From Okamejei kenojei (lineage: Eukaryota), in the NCBI GenBank assembly GCA_035221665.1, contig CM069147.1, positions 20,336,001 to 20,400,000 of the forward strand: a DNA stretch of 64,000 bases, written 5' to 3'. Position 1 is the stretch's first letter, and each line of letters opens with the position of its first letter. The position numbers and the translations under genes were made by a program. The notes under the pieces were generated by a model that did not search any database, had not been told where the DNA came from, and saw only the letters and a list, made by a program, of their open reading frames with translations. This document shows positions 52,201 through 62,622 of the stretch, one piece after another.

Positions 52201-53476
52201 GGCGTAGAGTGGTGGCGTTTGAATATTGTTTTAAAGATCCTATCCAGGATGGAGGTGTTATGCCGTTGTCTTCGGGAGTAGAAATGGGACATTCCTATCA
52301 CAACTAAGACTAAAACATCCACGTGGCTTCAACATTTTTCATTTTCCATGAAAAACAATTAGAAAACAACTTTTAATCTAAGACATTTGATTTAATACAT
52401 TCAAGCACACCATGGGGGTAATAAAGCGTGAATCTGGATCGTGGGCAATAACGCGAAAGTGGACAGCGCGAATCTACAGGAGAACACTGGAAAATTAACT
52501 GGAGAAGTACGAAATGAGGAAAAGAACATTTTCTCTCTACACAGATGCTGACCCACTTACGGATTATTTTAATGTATCAGATTTGGAACGGTTTGGTTTT
52601 ATAGTATAAATCTTATCGAGTTTTTGCCGAGTTATAAAATGTCATGTTATTCATATCAGCGAGCTTTACTTGTATCCCGGGAAGATTAAAATTTCTCCCT
52701 TACAGGGCACTTACCGAACACAGTGAGCCTTGAGCCAGGTCCATCTCCGATAGATTGCTGCTGATGTTTCACTTTACAATAATAAACCCCGGAGTCCGTG
52801 ACTTTCGCATTCAGGAGAACAAAATCTGCACTGCCCTTTTTGGTATAAATTATTTTTCTGCTGTCTGGTTCTATAAATGTCTTCTCGCCCCATCTCCACC
52901 AGTAAACATCAGGAGTAACTTGTTGTATTGAGAATGTGCAGAACATGGAAGCATTGTCTCCTCTGTGGACGGTCAGGTCTTTGGGGAATTGGTCCACTTT
53001 GGTTGAAGTTACTTCGAAGGCTGCCAGAAATTAAGCAAGAATACTGAAAACAGTTGGCCATCCGGACAAGCAAAAATGAACAAAGAGTTGAAAAATTCAA
53101 AATAAACTAGAAACGGCCATAAACGAATTAAGAAGCACTGTAACTAAATTCGTGCTTGGTAACCAACATTCACTATTCTAAGGAGATACAAGGAACTGCA
53201 CTCACTGGTTTACAACAAAAGACACCCAGTGCTGGAGTAACTCAGCGGCCAAGAGTCTTCTTTAGATCCTGAAGTAGTTTCGACCCGAAACGTCACCTAT
53301 CCACGTTCTATTTAGATGCTGCCTGACCCACGGAGTTACTCCAGAACGTTGTGTGTTTTTTTAATAGAATATTATAAAACATATCATGAGATTCGGAAAC
53401 CCCACATAAATCTAAAAGTACCATGCCAAACTGTAGCCAGAAGAGTCATGTATCGAACTGATGCTCCAAACGACAT
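46296..53476 (-). CDS. Gene C: VJ-C1-TM Ig-superfamily receptor, activating type, 287 aa. Exons 53422-53476, 52715-53020, 50086-50376, 47388-47492, 46383-46479, 46296-46305
   Basis: Same exon sizes as gene B (55/306/291/105/97/10), all GT-AG and in frame; leader MSFGASVRYMTLLATVWH. Confidence 0.87.
46383..46479 (-). CDS. Gene C cytoplasmic exon
   Basis: Same sequence as 23695-23791. Confidence 0.75.
47388..47492 (-). CDS. Gene C TM exon with Arg
   Basis: Same sequence as 24697-24801. Confidence 0.85.
47912..49736 (-). mobile_element. CR1 LINE in the gene C C1-TM intron (donor of the duplication breakpoint)
   Basis: ORFs 48865-49086 and 49497-49727 (LAQVDWSRLFEGK...AWLTREI). Confidence 0.87.
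50086..50376 (-). CDS. Gene C C1-set exon
   Basis: APPTPPNIS...LVCKTTAFFPKEVKISW...YTCLVSHVSL; 291 nt. Confidence 0.93.
52715..53020 (-). CDS. Gene C VJ-type V exon
   Basis: ...DSGVYYCKVKHQQQSIGDGPGSRLTVF; 306 nt, AG/GT intact. Confidence 0.95.
53185..53365. mobile_element. Inverted pair of Penelope pLTR fragments in the gene C leader-V intron
   Basis: ctggagtaactcagcgg ... gagttactccag inverted arms around a degenerate core (53269-53294); absent from gene B. Confidence 0.55.
53422..53476 (-). CDS. Gene C leader exon
   Basis: ATG, 55 nt, donor GTactt. Confidence 0.8.
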
Positions 53477-54049
53477 TTTGCAAAATGAGGTGGTCGCTTG
53501 CTGCAAATGAGGAAGTCTCTTCGACGCCGAATATCACGTGACAGTGCAGTGGGCTTCATATTTAGTTTTATTTTAAGGCATCCCATCTCATCTCCCAGGT
53601 GAAACATTTATGTTTGATGTAGAACTTTCTCCTTGACCTCCTGGGAGCACTTTAGCAACGCAATCCCGAGAGCAGAAGCTGTCACTAATTTAATTACACA
53701 AACAAAATGAAGACACGAGGAACTGCAGGTATTGGGACTGAATGAAGGGACCCGAAACGTCCAAATTACCATTGTATTACTCCAGTACTTTTTTTACACA
53801 AACAAAATTCCGTTCTTCCGTGTATTTTACTAATTTTCTCTTTCCGCGTAAATTATTTTTGTACAAAATGCAAGCTGCTCGACTGACCCAGCAAGCTATC
53901 CAGCACCTATAGAGCAAATGGATACCTCTGAACTGCTGTGTTCCTTCAGCAAAGAACAGAATGCTGGAGGAACTCAGCGGGTCAGGCGGCATCTGTGGAA
54001 GGAATGGACGGACGATATTTTAGATCGCGAACCTTGTCCTGTTCGCGAA

Positions 54050-54238
54050 GGCCAGCTGGAGCTCTGGGTTGCTAACCAATTTAACTTACCTTTTCATTCC
54101 CATGCCGACCTTTCCGTCCATGGACTCCCCCACTGCCAGAGTGAGACCAACACACAAACTGGAAGACCAGCATTTTACATTCCGCTTGAGTACCTTACAA
54201 ACGAATGGTATGAACATTGTATTTTCAAATTTCAGGTA
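54050..54238 (+). mobile_element. Degenerate Penelope GIY-YIG C-terminal fragment
   Basis: VANQFNLPFHSHADLSVHGL and KLEDQHFTFRLSTLQTNGMNIVFSNFR align to the ORF at 58052-58423. Confidence 0.75.
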
Positions 54239-54289
54239 CTACGATACGATACAATGTGTATGAAGGAGCTGCAACTGCTGGTACTGGAC

Positions 54290-56678
54290 CCCAAGAAAGG
54301 GAGTTTGTGGAGTGCCTCCGAGATGGATTCTTAGAGTAGCTTGTACTGGAACCTACCAGGGAGAAGGCAATTCTGGATTTAGCGTTGTTTAATGAACCGG
54401 ATTTGATAAGGGAACTCGAGGTAAAGGAGCCATTAGGAGGTAGTGACCATAATATGATGTTTTAATCTACAATTTGAGAGGGAGAAGGATAAATCAGAGG
54501 TGTCAGCATTACAGTTGAACAAAGGGGACTATAAAGCGATGAGGGAGGAGCTGACCAAAGTTGACTGGAAAGATACCCTAGCAGGGATGGCAGTGGAACA
54601 ACAATGGCAGGCATTTCTGGGAATAATACAGAAGGTGCAAGATCAGTTCATTCCAAAGAGGAAGAAAGATTCCAAGGGGAGTAAGGGGCGACCGGAAGTA
54701 AGGGACAACATAAAAATAAAAGAAAAGAAATATAACATAGCAAAGATGAGCATGAAGCCAGATGATTGGGAAACATTTAAAGGGCAACAAAAAATAACTA
54801 CAAAGGCAATACGGGGAGAAAAGATGACGTACGAAGATGAGGTACGAAGATAAGCTAGACCAGAATATAAAGGAGGATAATAAAAGCTTATTTAGTTATG
54901 TGAAGAGAGAGAAAAAAAAGATCAAAGTTGGACCATTGAAGACTGAGAAAGGTGAATTTATTCTGGGGAACAAGGAAATTGCAGACGAATTGAACAGGTA
55001 CTTTGGATCCGTCTTCACTAAGGAGGACACAAACAATCTCCCCGATGTACCACTGGCCAGAAGATCTAGGGTGACGGTGGAAATGAAGGAAATGCACATT
55101 AGGCAGGAAATAGTGTTGGATAGACTGATGGGACTGAAGACTGATAAATCCCCAGGGCCTGATGATCTGCATCCCAGGGTACTTAAGGAGGTGGCTCTGG
55201 AAATCGTGGACGCATTGGTGATTATTTTCCAAGGTTCTACAGATTCAGGATCAGTTCTGTGGATTGGAGGGTAGCTAATGTCATCCCACTGTTTAAGAAA
55301 GGCGGGAGAGAGAAAACAGGGAATTACAGACCAATTAGCCTGACATCGGTGGTGGGGAAGATGCTGGAGTCAATAATAAAAGATGAAATAGCAGCACATT
55401 TGGATAACAGTAGCAGGATTGGTCCGAGTCAGCATGGATTTACGAAGGGGAAATCATGCTAGACTAATCTTCTGAAATTTTTTGAGGATGCAATTGAGAA
55501 AATGGACAAGGGAAAGCCAGTGGATGTTGTGTACCTGGACTTTCAGAAAGCAGTTGATAAGGTCCTACATAGAAGATTAGTGGGCAAAATTAGGGCACAT
55601 GGTATTGGGGGTAAAGTGCTGACATGGATAAAAAATTGGTTGGCAGGCAGGAAACAAAGAGTAGGGATTAATTGGTCCCTTACAGAAAGGTAGGCAGTGA
55701 CTTGTGGTACCGCAATGTTCGGTGCTGGGACTGCAGCTATTTACAATATACAGTAATAATTTTGATGAAGGGATTAAAAGTAACATTAGCAAATTTGCAG
55801 ATGACACTAAGCTGGGTGACAGTGTGAACTGTGAGAAGGATGCTATGAGGATGCAGGGTGACTTGGACAGGTTGGGTGAGTGGGCAGATGCATGGCAGAT
55901 GCATGGCAGATGCAGTTTAATGTGGATAAATGTGAGGTTATTCACTTTGGTGGCAAAAGCAGGTTATTATCTAAATGGTGTGAAGTTGGGAAAAATGGAA
56001 GTACAACGGGATCTGGGGTTCCTTGTTCATCAGTCACTGAAAGTAAGCATGCAGGTAGTGAAGAAAGCGAATGGCCTTCATAACAAGAGGAGTTGCGTAT
56101 AGGAGCGAAGAGGTCTTTCTGCAGTTGTATAGGGCCCTAGTGAGGCCACACCTGGAATATTTATTGCAGTTTTGGTCTCCAAATTTGAGGAAGGGATTTC
56201 TTGCTATTGAGGGAGTGCAGCATAGGTTCACTAGGTTAATTCCCGGGATGGCGGGATTGTCATATGTTGATAGAATGGAGCAGCTGGGCTTGTATACTCT
56301 GGAATTTAGAAGGATGAGAGTGGGTCATTGAAACATATAAGATTATTCAGGGTTTGGACATGCTAGAGGCAGGAAACATGTTCCCGATGTTGGGGGAATC
56401 CAGAACCAGGGGTCACAGTTTAAGAATAAGGGGTAAGCCATTTAGAATGGACATGAAGAGAAACGTTTTCACACAGAGTTGGGAGTCTATGGAATTTTCT
56501 GCTTCAGAATGCGGTGGAGGCCGGTTCTCTGGATGCTTTCAAGATAGAGCTCTTAAAGATAGAGGGGTCAGGGGAGTGGGGAGAAGGCAGGAACGGGATA
56601 CTGATTGTGTATGATCAGCCATGATCACAATTGGATGGCGGTGCAGACTCAAAAGGCCAAAATGACCTACTCCTGCAC
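54290..56678 (+). mobile_element. CR1 LINE ORF2 (endonuclease end, RT and 3' UTR), frameshifted
   Basis: KSPGPDDLHPRVLKE, GNYRPISLTSVVGKMLE, VDVVYLDFQKA, ISKFADDTKLG, LYRALVRPHLEY. Confidence 0.93.
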
Positions 56679-56949
56679 AGGGCTCGAAATTAGCAGTTGC
56701 CCGGGTGCCATTGACCACCCAAAGTGCCCCCGGGCAACCTAAACGTCGACTCATTTTGCCCGGCTTGGCACCCAAATACTGGTTTATACCTGTAGGCGCT
56801 AAAAACTGGAGTAACTCCATGGTCAGGCAGCATCTCTGGAGTATAGGAACTGACGATTCGTGTGGGCGGCGGCTGTATTCCTCTAGTATCTTTAATTGTG
56901 AGGCAAAGATACTAGGAGCCAAAGATATAGTGTATCTAAAAATTATAGT

Positions 56950-57708
56950 GTAGAATGAAATTAGATCAAATTAATGTTTACATCTATTGAATTTGCTTCA
57001 TTTGCAAGGCACTGTCCTTTCTTCTCAAGTTCATACATAATTATTTTTCTGCGTTCTTATTTATTCCATGCCAGTTTATGTCACACCTATATTTATATAT
57101 ATTTTGAGAAGAAACGGTGTGGCAATTGACCAAATGCAAATGGATGCAAACTATTATTTCCCAGCATATTTATAATAGATCTGATCTAACATATTGACCA
57201 TAATTGCATAATTGCATTCAAACGTGATATCTGCAAGAAAATAACCTACCTAATACATTTTGGGCGATATATTATTTTTCTAGCATTTGCCTCCTTTGTT
57301 AAATATTCTCCAACAATTTATTTGAACTCACTACTAAGGGTTCAAATTGAGCCTGGCAGATGACATACAGATAGGGGCAGTACGATGAGTTAAATCAACC
57401 GCCTCTGGAACGTGGGAGTGTTGAAATGTTGGTAGCAACTAACATATGGATATTGGATTTGCGGCTTAGGTGGAAGAAGCGCCGACGACAGTTCTACAAC
57501 ATCCTCTCTCGACAAACGTCTGCAATATTCTGTGAAGCCACAAGGAGGAGCTCACTCCTCTGGCAGAAGTAGGAGGTTATGAAAAAGCAATTATTTTTCT
57601 GAGGACGGATCCACAGAGTGAGACGTAATTTCGGAAATAAGATCGGACCATTCAACATAAAATTCAGAAAGCAATTTTTCGTTCAGAAGGTTGGAGAATA
57701 TGAATATC
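56950..57708 (-). other. Putative 3' UTR of gene D, homologous to the 3' flank of genes B and C
   Basis: Shared colinear blocks, e.g. caaatggatgcaaacta (57138 vs 22747), tttgcctcctttgt, gaagccacaagg(a/t)ggagc. Confidence 0.6.
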
Positions 57709-57722
57709 TCACAACGAAGCAA

Positions 57723-58409
57723 GGGTTACACAAAAAGCTGGAGAAACTCAGCGGGTGCAGCAGCATCTAAGGAGCGAAGGAGATAGGCGACGTTTCGGGT
57801 CGAGACCCTTCTTCAGACTGGTCAGGGATCAGGGAAACGAGAGATATAGACGGTGATGTGAGAGAAAAAGAACAATGAATGAAAGAGATGCAAAAAAGTA
57901 TCGATGATAAAGGGAACAAGCCATTGTAAGCTGTTTGTGGTGTGAAAATCAGAAGCTAGTGCGACTAGGGTGGGGGAGGGAGATAGAGATAGAGGGAATG
58001 CCAGGGCCCGAGAGCTGAGGGAGAGGTGGGAGGGGGAGGAGACAGCAGGGGTTAACAGAATTGAGAAAATTCAATGTTCAAGCCCAAAGGATGCAAACTC
58101 CCCAAGCGGAATATGAGGTGCTGTTCCTCCAACTTGCGGTGTTGCTCACTCTGGCCATGGAGGAGGCCCAGGACCGAGAGGTCGGATACGGAATGGGAGG
58201 GGGAGTTGAAGTGCTGAGCGACCGGGAGGTCGGGTTGGTTTTTACGGACCGAGCGGAGGTGTTCGGCGAAACGATCGCCAAGCCTCCGCTTGGTCTCACC
58301 GATATAGATCATCTGGCATCTGGAGCAGCGGATGCAGTAGATGAGGTTGGAGGAGGTGCAGGTGAACCTCTGTCGGACCTGGAAGGACTGCTTGGGTCCC
58401 TGAAAGGAG
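57723..58409 (-). mobile_element. 5'-truncated Penelope-like element: GIY-YIG endonuclease plus pLTR with hammerhead core
   Basis: Intact NLIYCIRCSRCQMIYIGETKRRLGDRFAEH...GLN; 14-bp TSD TCACAACGAAGCAA (57709-57722 and 58410-58423). Confidence 0.92.
57789..57816 (-). ncRNA. Minimal hammerhead ribozyme core within the Penelope pLTR
   Basis: CUGAAGA-A-GGGUC-UC-GACCC-GAAAC-GUC; stem I is weak, so activity is uncertain. Confidence 0.55.
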
Positions 58410-60029
58410 TCACAACGAAGCAATCCGCGAATACTCAGACAAATGGAATTAGTGCTTCATTCCAATCCCTTGCTGATATTGTATTTTTGGCTGCAGGACC
58501 TCGTACTTTTTTTTGCAGCTTGGTTGTTCATTGCTCTATTAACCCTTCCATATTCGACTTTAACTGAACCGTGATTCGACCTTAACTGAAATTTACACGC
58601 ATGCACTCTGTAACTAGACTAAGAGGACTGAAAATTATGCTTGTTATTTCTGGTCCACAGAACCAGGACACAGATGACAACTTTAACGGCCTTATTGTCA
58701 AATGCCTAATACCACAATGTGCATTTTCTGGTTAATATTATGAGGTCTTTATACCACACCAGACAACAAAAGTAAAGATCCATCACATAACAGAGACTGA
58801 TAATTTTTCGATTAAAAAAAGCAGATACATGAAATCCATTATAAATACATAGAATGCTCTGTTTTCACGGATGTGGGTTTACTGAGTACTTCCAGTATTC
58901 TCATTTTATAATGGATTTGATTCAATTTTGCATGGAAGTGTGAGAATTCGAGCTTGGTCTCCTCCCTTGCGCCAGATTAAAACTTTTGACCTGAGATACA
59001 CTGTGGTCTAAAATTGAAAAGTAATCGTTTGCGCAGATGAATCGAAAAAATCCGGGATAACTCTTCATGATAGGAACTTGATAACGAGGTTCCCATGTGC
59101 ATAACTATCTCCCCAATTGTACTGTGATTGCCTGAAAGGTAATTCTTATGATTCGTTTGTGCATCCCATGTACAATAAGCGAGTTCGGTATCTCGATAAA
59201 AACGTAAGGAATTATGGGATTTGTCAAAGGTCATTCGAGATAATAAAAGCGAACGCAGCGCTGTATAAAGTGTGTATACATCGTTTACTATTCTACCAAG
59301 GAATTAATCTAGAATTCTGTCAACTCGATTTCTTCCTTTCTTATGCTGCTGTTCACACACTACTTACATGACTTACACTACTTACACAGTCCCAGTTCCA
59401 GTTCAGTTCATTAATCTGCAATTGTGAGATATTCAAAGAATTTATTATTTTCATTGAATCCTTAATGTGTACTAAAATAAGAAAATATTACATGTTTGAA
59501 ACATTGTCTTATTCATAATTTATGTGTAAAAATATATTTAATCTGAGGCAGGCAACGAATTGGTGTGATGTGGGCTGCTGCTTTACCTACAGGCGGTGCG
59601 AATGTACCATTCAAGCAAAGAATAATCTCCGAGGAAAACTGAGTAAAGGGTTGGCCCTGTGAAGGAGCCACCAATCCGATATAAGACATTTAACTGCGAA
59701 ATGCCTGCCCTATAGTATTGGATAGATTGAGTGGAGGGTCTGTGTTGTTCCAAGTTTGCGGTGGTTGCAGTGCATTTCCCCCAGCCATCTCGCCTAGTGC
59801 ACATTAACCAGCACAGTTTGCCAGCCCTTGTTAGCAGAGGCTCTTTCTGCAGGTGTTATCTGAAGCCCAAAGGTTTTGTGGAGGTTCTGCGTTAGGATCG
59901 GTCATGCAGCGAGCTATTGAGAGGGCTGTCAGATCAGATCAGCCCAGGTTGCCGAGTGGCCAAAGGGTGGATTTTAATGGGTCGTTATTAAACTGCTCCA
60001 TCTGTGCGGCATCACCAGCTCTCTCTCTC

Positions 60030-61276
60030 CCAGAATTTATTGACAAATGTGTACGTAAAAATGTCTAAATGTAATGAGGAGTGTATCCGTGAATGTAAAA
60101 GTGTAATGTTCAGCGAAATGGAAACATTCTCGGAGTTTGAGTGTGTGGTTTTGTCGAACCATGAAATCAAAGGGCAAAAATCTGACAGACATAAACACAC
60201 AAACACACACTCACGCAGAGTTTTAAAAGTAGACTAGACCAAATGCAGACCCGTTGGTTCTGGTCCCCTAACGTGCTTCAGACCCCGAGTAAGGTGGGAG
60301 AGGGAGGGGGGGGGGGGGGGGGGGGGGGGGGAGAGGGAATGGCGAGAGGGGGGCAGGGGAGGAGGTGGGTAGGGAGGGGGGTGGGGGTGGGGTTGTTACT
60401 GAACTGAACTCACTGTGGAATGAATCCATTAACAGAGTCACTCTGCTGCTGGATTCGAAGTTGTCCCTGCCTTCCCTCTGGCTGACAGGCCGTTAAAGCC
60501 GGCTCTGTCATGCTGGCTGAAGTCAAAGATCGGCTGTGCTCCCGCTGTTTTTCCGAGCACAGCAAGAAGCAGCGGTGGAAGAGGCCTTCTTTGGCTTGAG
60601 CCAGTGTGAGAGAGTCGGTCCCGGGGGCAGTGGAGGTGAGCCGGGAGGTGAGCAGATCAATCACCTCTCCACCACTGCTTTTCGCCGTGCTCAGAAAAGC
60701 AGCAGGGGAACAGCCGATCTTTGCCTTGAGCCAGCGTGAGAGAGCCGGCCCGGGGGGAGGGCCGCGGAGTGGAGGTGAGCTGGGCGGCAGCAGCGAAAAT
60801 CGCCCGTGAAAGACAGGCCGTTGAGGCGCCGGCTCTGTCACGCTGGCTCAAGCCAAATATGGGCTGCTCCCCCTGCGAAAAGCAGTGGGGGAAGAGCTGA
60901 TCTCAGCGCCGGGTGGCAGCAGCGAAAATCACCAGCAATAGAAGAAAAATGGCGGCGCTTTCGGAGTAGAGCCGGGCGGCAGCAGCCGTTATAGTGGCTG
61001 GCCAGCAAGAGGAGACAAAATGAGTGAGTGGGTAGGCGGGGGGGGGGGGGGGGGGGGGTGTGAAGGATTTTATTAAAAAAATGTGTACATAAAAATGTCT
61101 AAATGTAATGAGCAGTGCATTAGTGAATGTAAAAGTTAGATTGTAAAAGGCTAGAGAAATGGAAAAATTCTCAGAGTTTGAGCGTGTGGTTTTGGCGGAC
61201 CATGGAATCAAAGGCCAAAAATCTTATCTGAAAAAAAATGGAATGTGACATACACCTACAAACACCTACAAACACA
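60030..61276 (+). mobile_element. Head-to-tail copies of a non-autonomous repeat (rolling-circle-like)
   Basis: 60030-60232 is repeated at 61065-61276; a new unit starts ACTAGACCAAATGCAGACCCGTTGG at ~60232. Confidence 0.55.
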
Positions 61277-61638
61277 NNNNNNNNNNNNNNNNNNNNNNNN
61301 NNNNNNNNNNNNNNNNNNNNNNNNNNNNNNNNNNNNNNNNNNNNNNNNNNNNNNNNNNNNNNNNNNNNNNNNNNNNNNNNNNNNNNNNNNNNNNNNNNNN
61401 NNNNNNNNNNNNNNNNNNNNNNNNNNNNNNNNNNNNNNNNNNNNNNNNNNNNNNNNNNNNNNNNNNNNNNNNNNNNNNNNNNNNNNNNNNNNNNNNNNNN
61501 NNNNNNNNNNNNNNNNNNNNNNNNNNNNNNNNNNNNNNNNNNNNNNNNNNNNNNNNNNNNNNNNNNNNNNNNNNNNNNNNNNNNNNNNNNNNNNNNNNNN
61601 NNNNNNNNNNNNNNNNNNNNNNNNNNNNNNNNNNNNNN
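61277..61638. other. Assembly gap (362 N)
   Basis: N run. Confidence 1.
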
Positions 61639-61687
61639 TGGCGCAGATTAAATAATTTTCTGTTCAGATTCAGTGTTTGACTGACAA

Positions 61688-61885
61688 TAGGAAATAGACA
61701 ATAGACAATAGGTGCAGGAGTAGGCCTTCGGCCCCTTGAGCCAGCACCGCCATTCAATGTGATTGTGGCTGATCATCCACAATCAGTATCCCGTTCCTGC
61801 CTTCTCCCCATATCCCCTAACTCCGCTATCTTTCAGAGCCCTATTTAGTTCTCTCTTGAAGAGCTCTATCTAGCTCTCTCTTGAA
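61688..61885 (-). mobile_element. CR1 3' end
   Basis: caatagacaatag tail and ggtgcaggagtaggcc; reverse complement of the CR1 3' UTR. Confidence 0.8.
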
Positions 61886-62007
61886 AGATAGGCGGCTATT
61901 ATCAATTTTCAAGCAGTAAATGACTTGAAAATAGAATGTATCCCGTCTCTGATCAATGAACAGAACTGATAAATTGCGGTACTTGGTAAAATATGTAACG
62001 TTCTTAC

Positions 62008-62115
62008 CCTGTTGCGCCTTTAATTTGAATCTTGTGAAAAATATAATCAGAATTACAATTAACAGTCCGCCCACTATACATCCAAGAATTTGTGTTTTGT
62101 CAGTGGTTTCTGGAT
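62008..62115 (-). CDS. Gene D TM exon (DPETTDKTQILGCIVGGLLIVILIIFFTRFKLKAQQ); upstream exons not seen in the window
   Basis: Acceptor gtcctatgtttcgccAG and donor GTaag; 108 nt, phase 1-1; homologous to the gene A TM exon. Confidence 0.85.
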
Positions 62116-62130
62116 CTGGCGAAACATAGG

Positions 62131-62622
62131 ACAATCTGCCACCGTGTGTGTGATTTGTTCCTTCGATAAATTCCAATATTACCTTACAATTCATGGACAA
62201 TGGAGGACCGGCGTGGGGAGACCGCCGTGTCCTCCATTGTCCATGATAATGTGATTGTCCATAGGATAATGTGAACCATATGAACACATATTCAGGAATA
62301 GGGAGACAAGAAAGCAGAGCATTTTAAGGTATCTATCCACCATGCTGCATAAAATATGCAATAAACACCAGATTCAATACTTCGTCGTCACATGTGACAC
62401 GTCACAGTGAAATTATTTGCCTGCATACCCAGGGTAGCAAATAGTCGCCCATAAAGGACGCTTACAAAGTTACAAAGTACCCCCGCGCCAGGTCCCCATT
62501 TGTTCTCTTCCCTTCCCTTCCACACGGCGGTCTCCCCACGCCGGGTCCTCCATTGTCCATGAATTGTAAGGTAATATTGGAATTTATCGAAGGAACAAAT
62601 CACACACACGGTGGCAGATTGT
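62131..62622. repeat. ~100-bp inverted repeat (62131-62230 and 62522-62622) with an internal 18-bp hairpin
   Basis: The arms are reverse complements apart from a 1-nt indel. Confidence 0.9.

Noticed and set aside
52719-52725. CACAGTG heptamer at the end of the gene C V exon as an RSS
   Set aside because: It is simply the L-T-V codons; no nonamer at 12 or 23 bp spacing, and it is absent in gene B.
59362-59415. 30-nt candidate exon followed by three tandem GTAAGT donors
   Set aside because: Open only in phase 0-0, which does not fit the phase-1 TM donor without an unseen exon; may be a slippage repeat.
61238-61757. Long ORFs spanning the N run
   Set aside because: Artefacts of the assembly gap.
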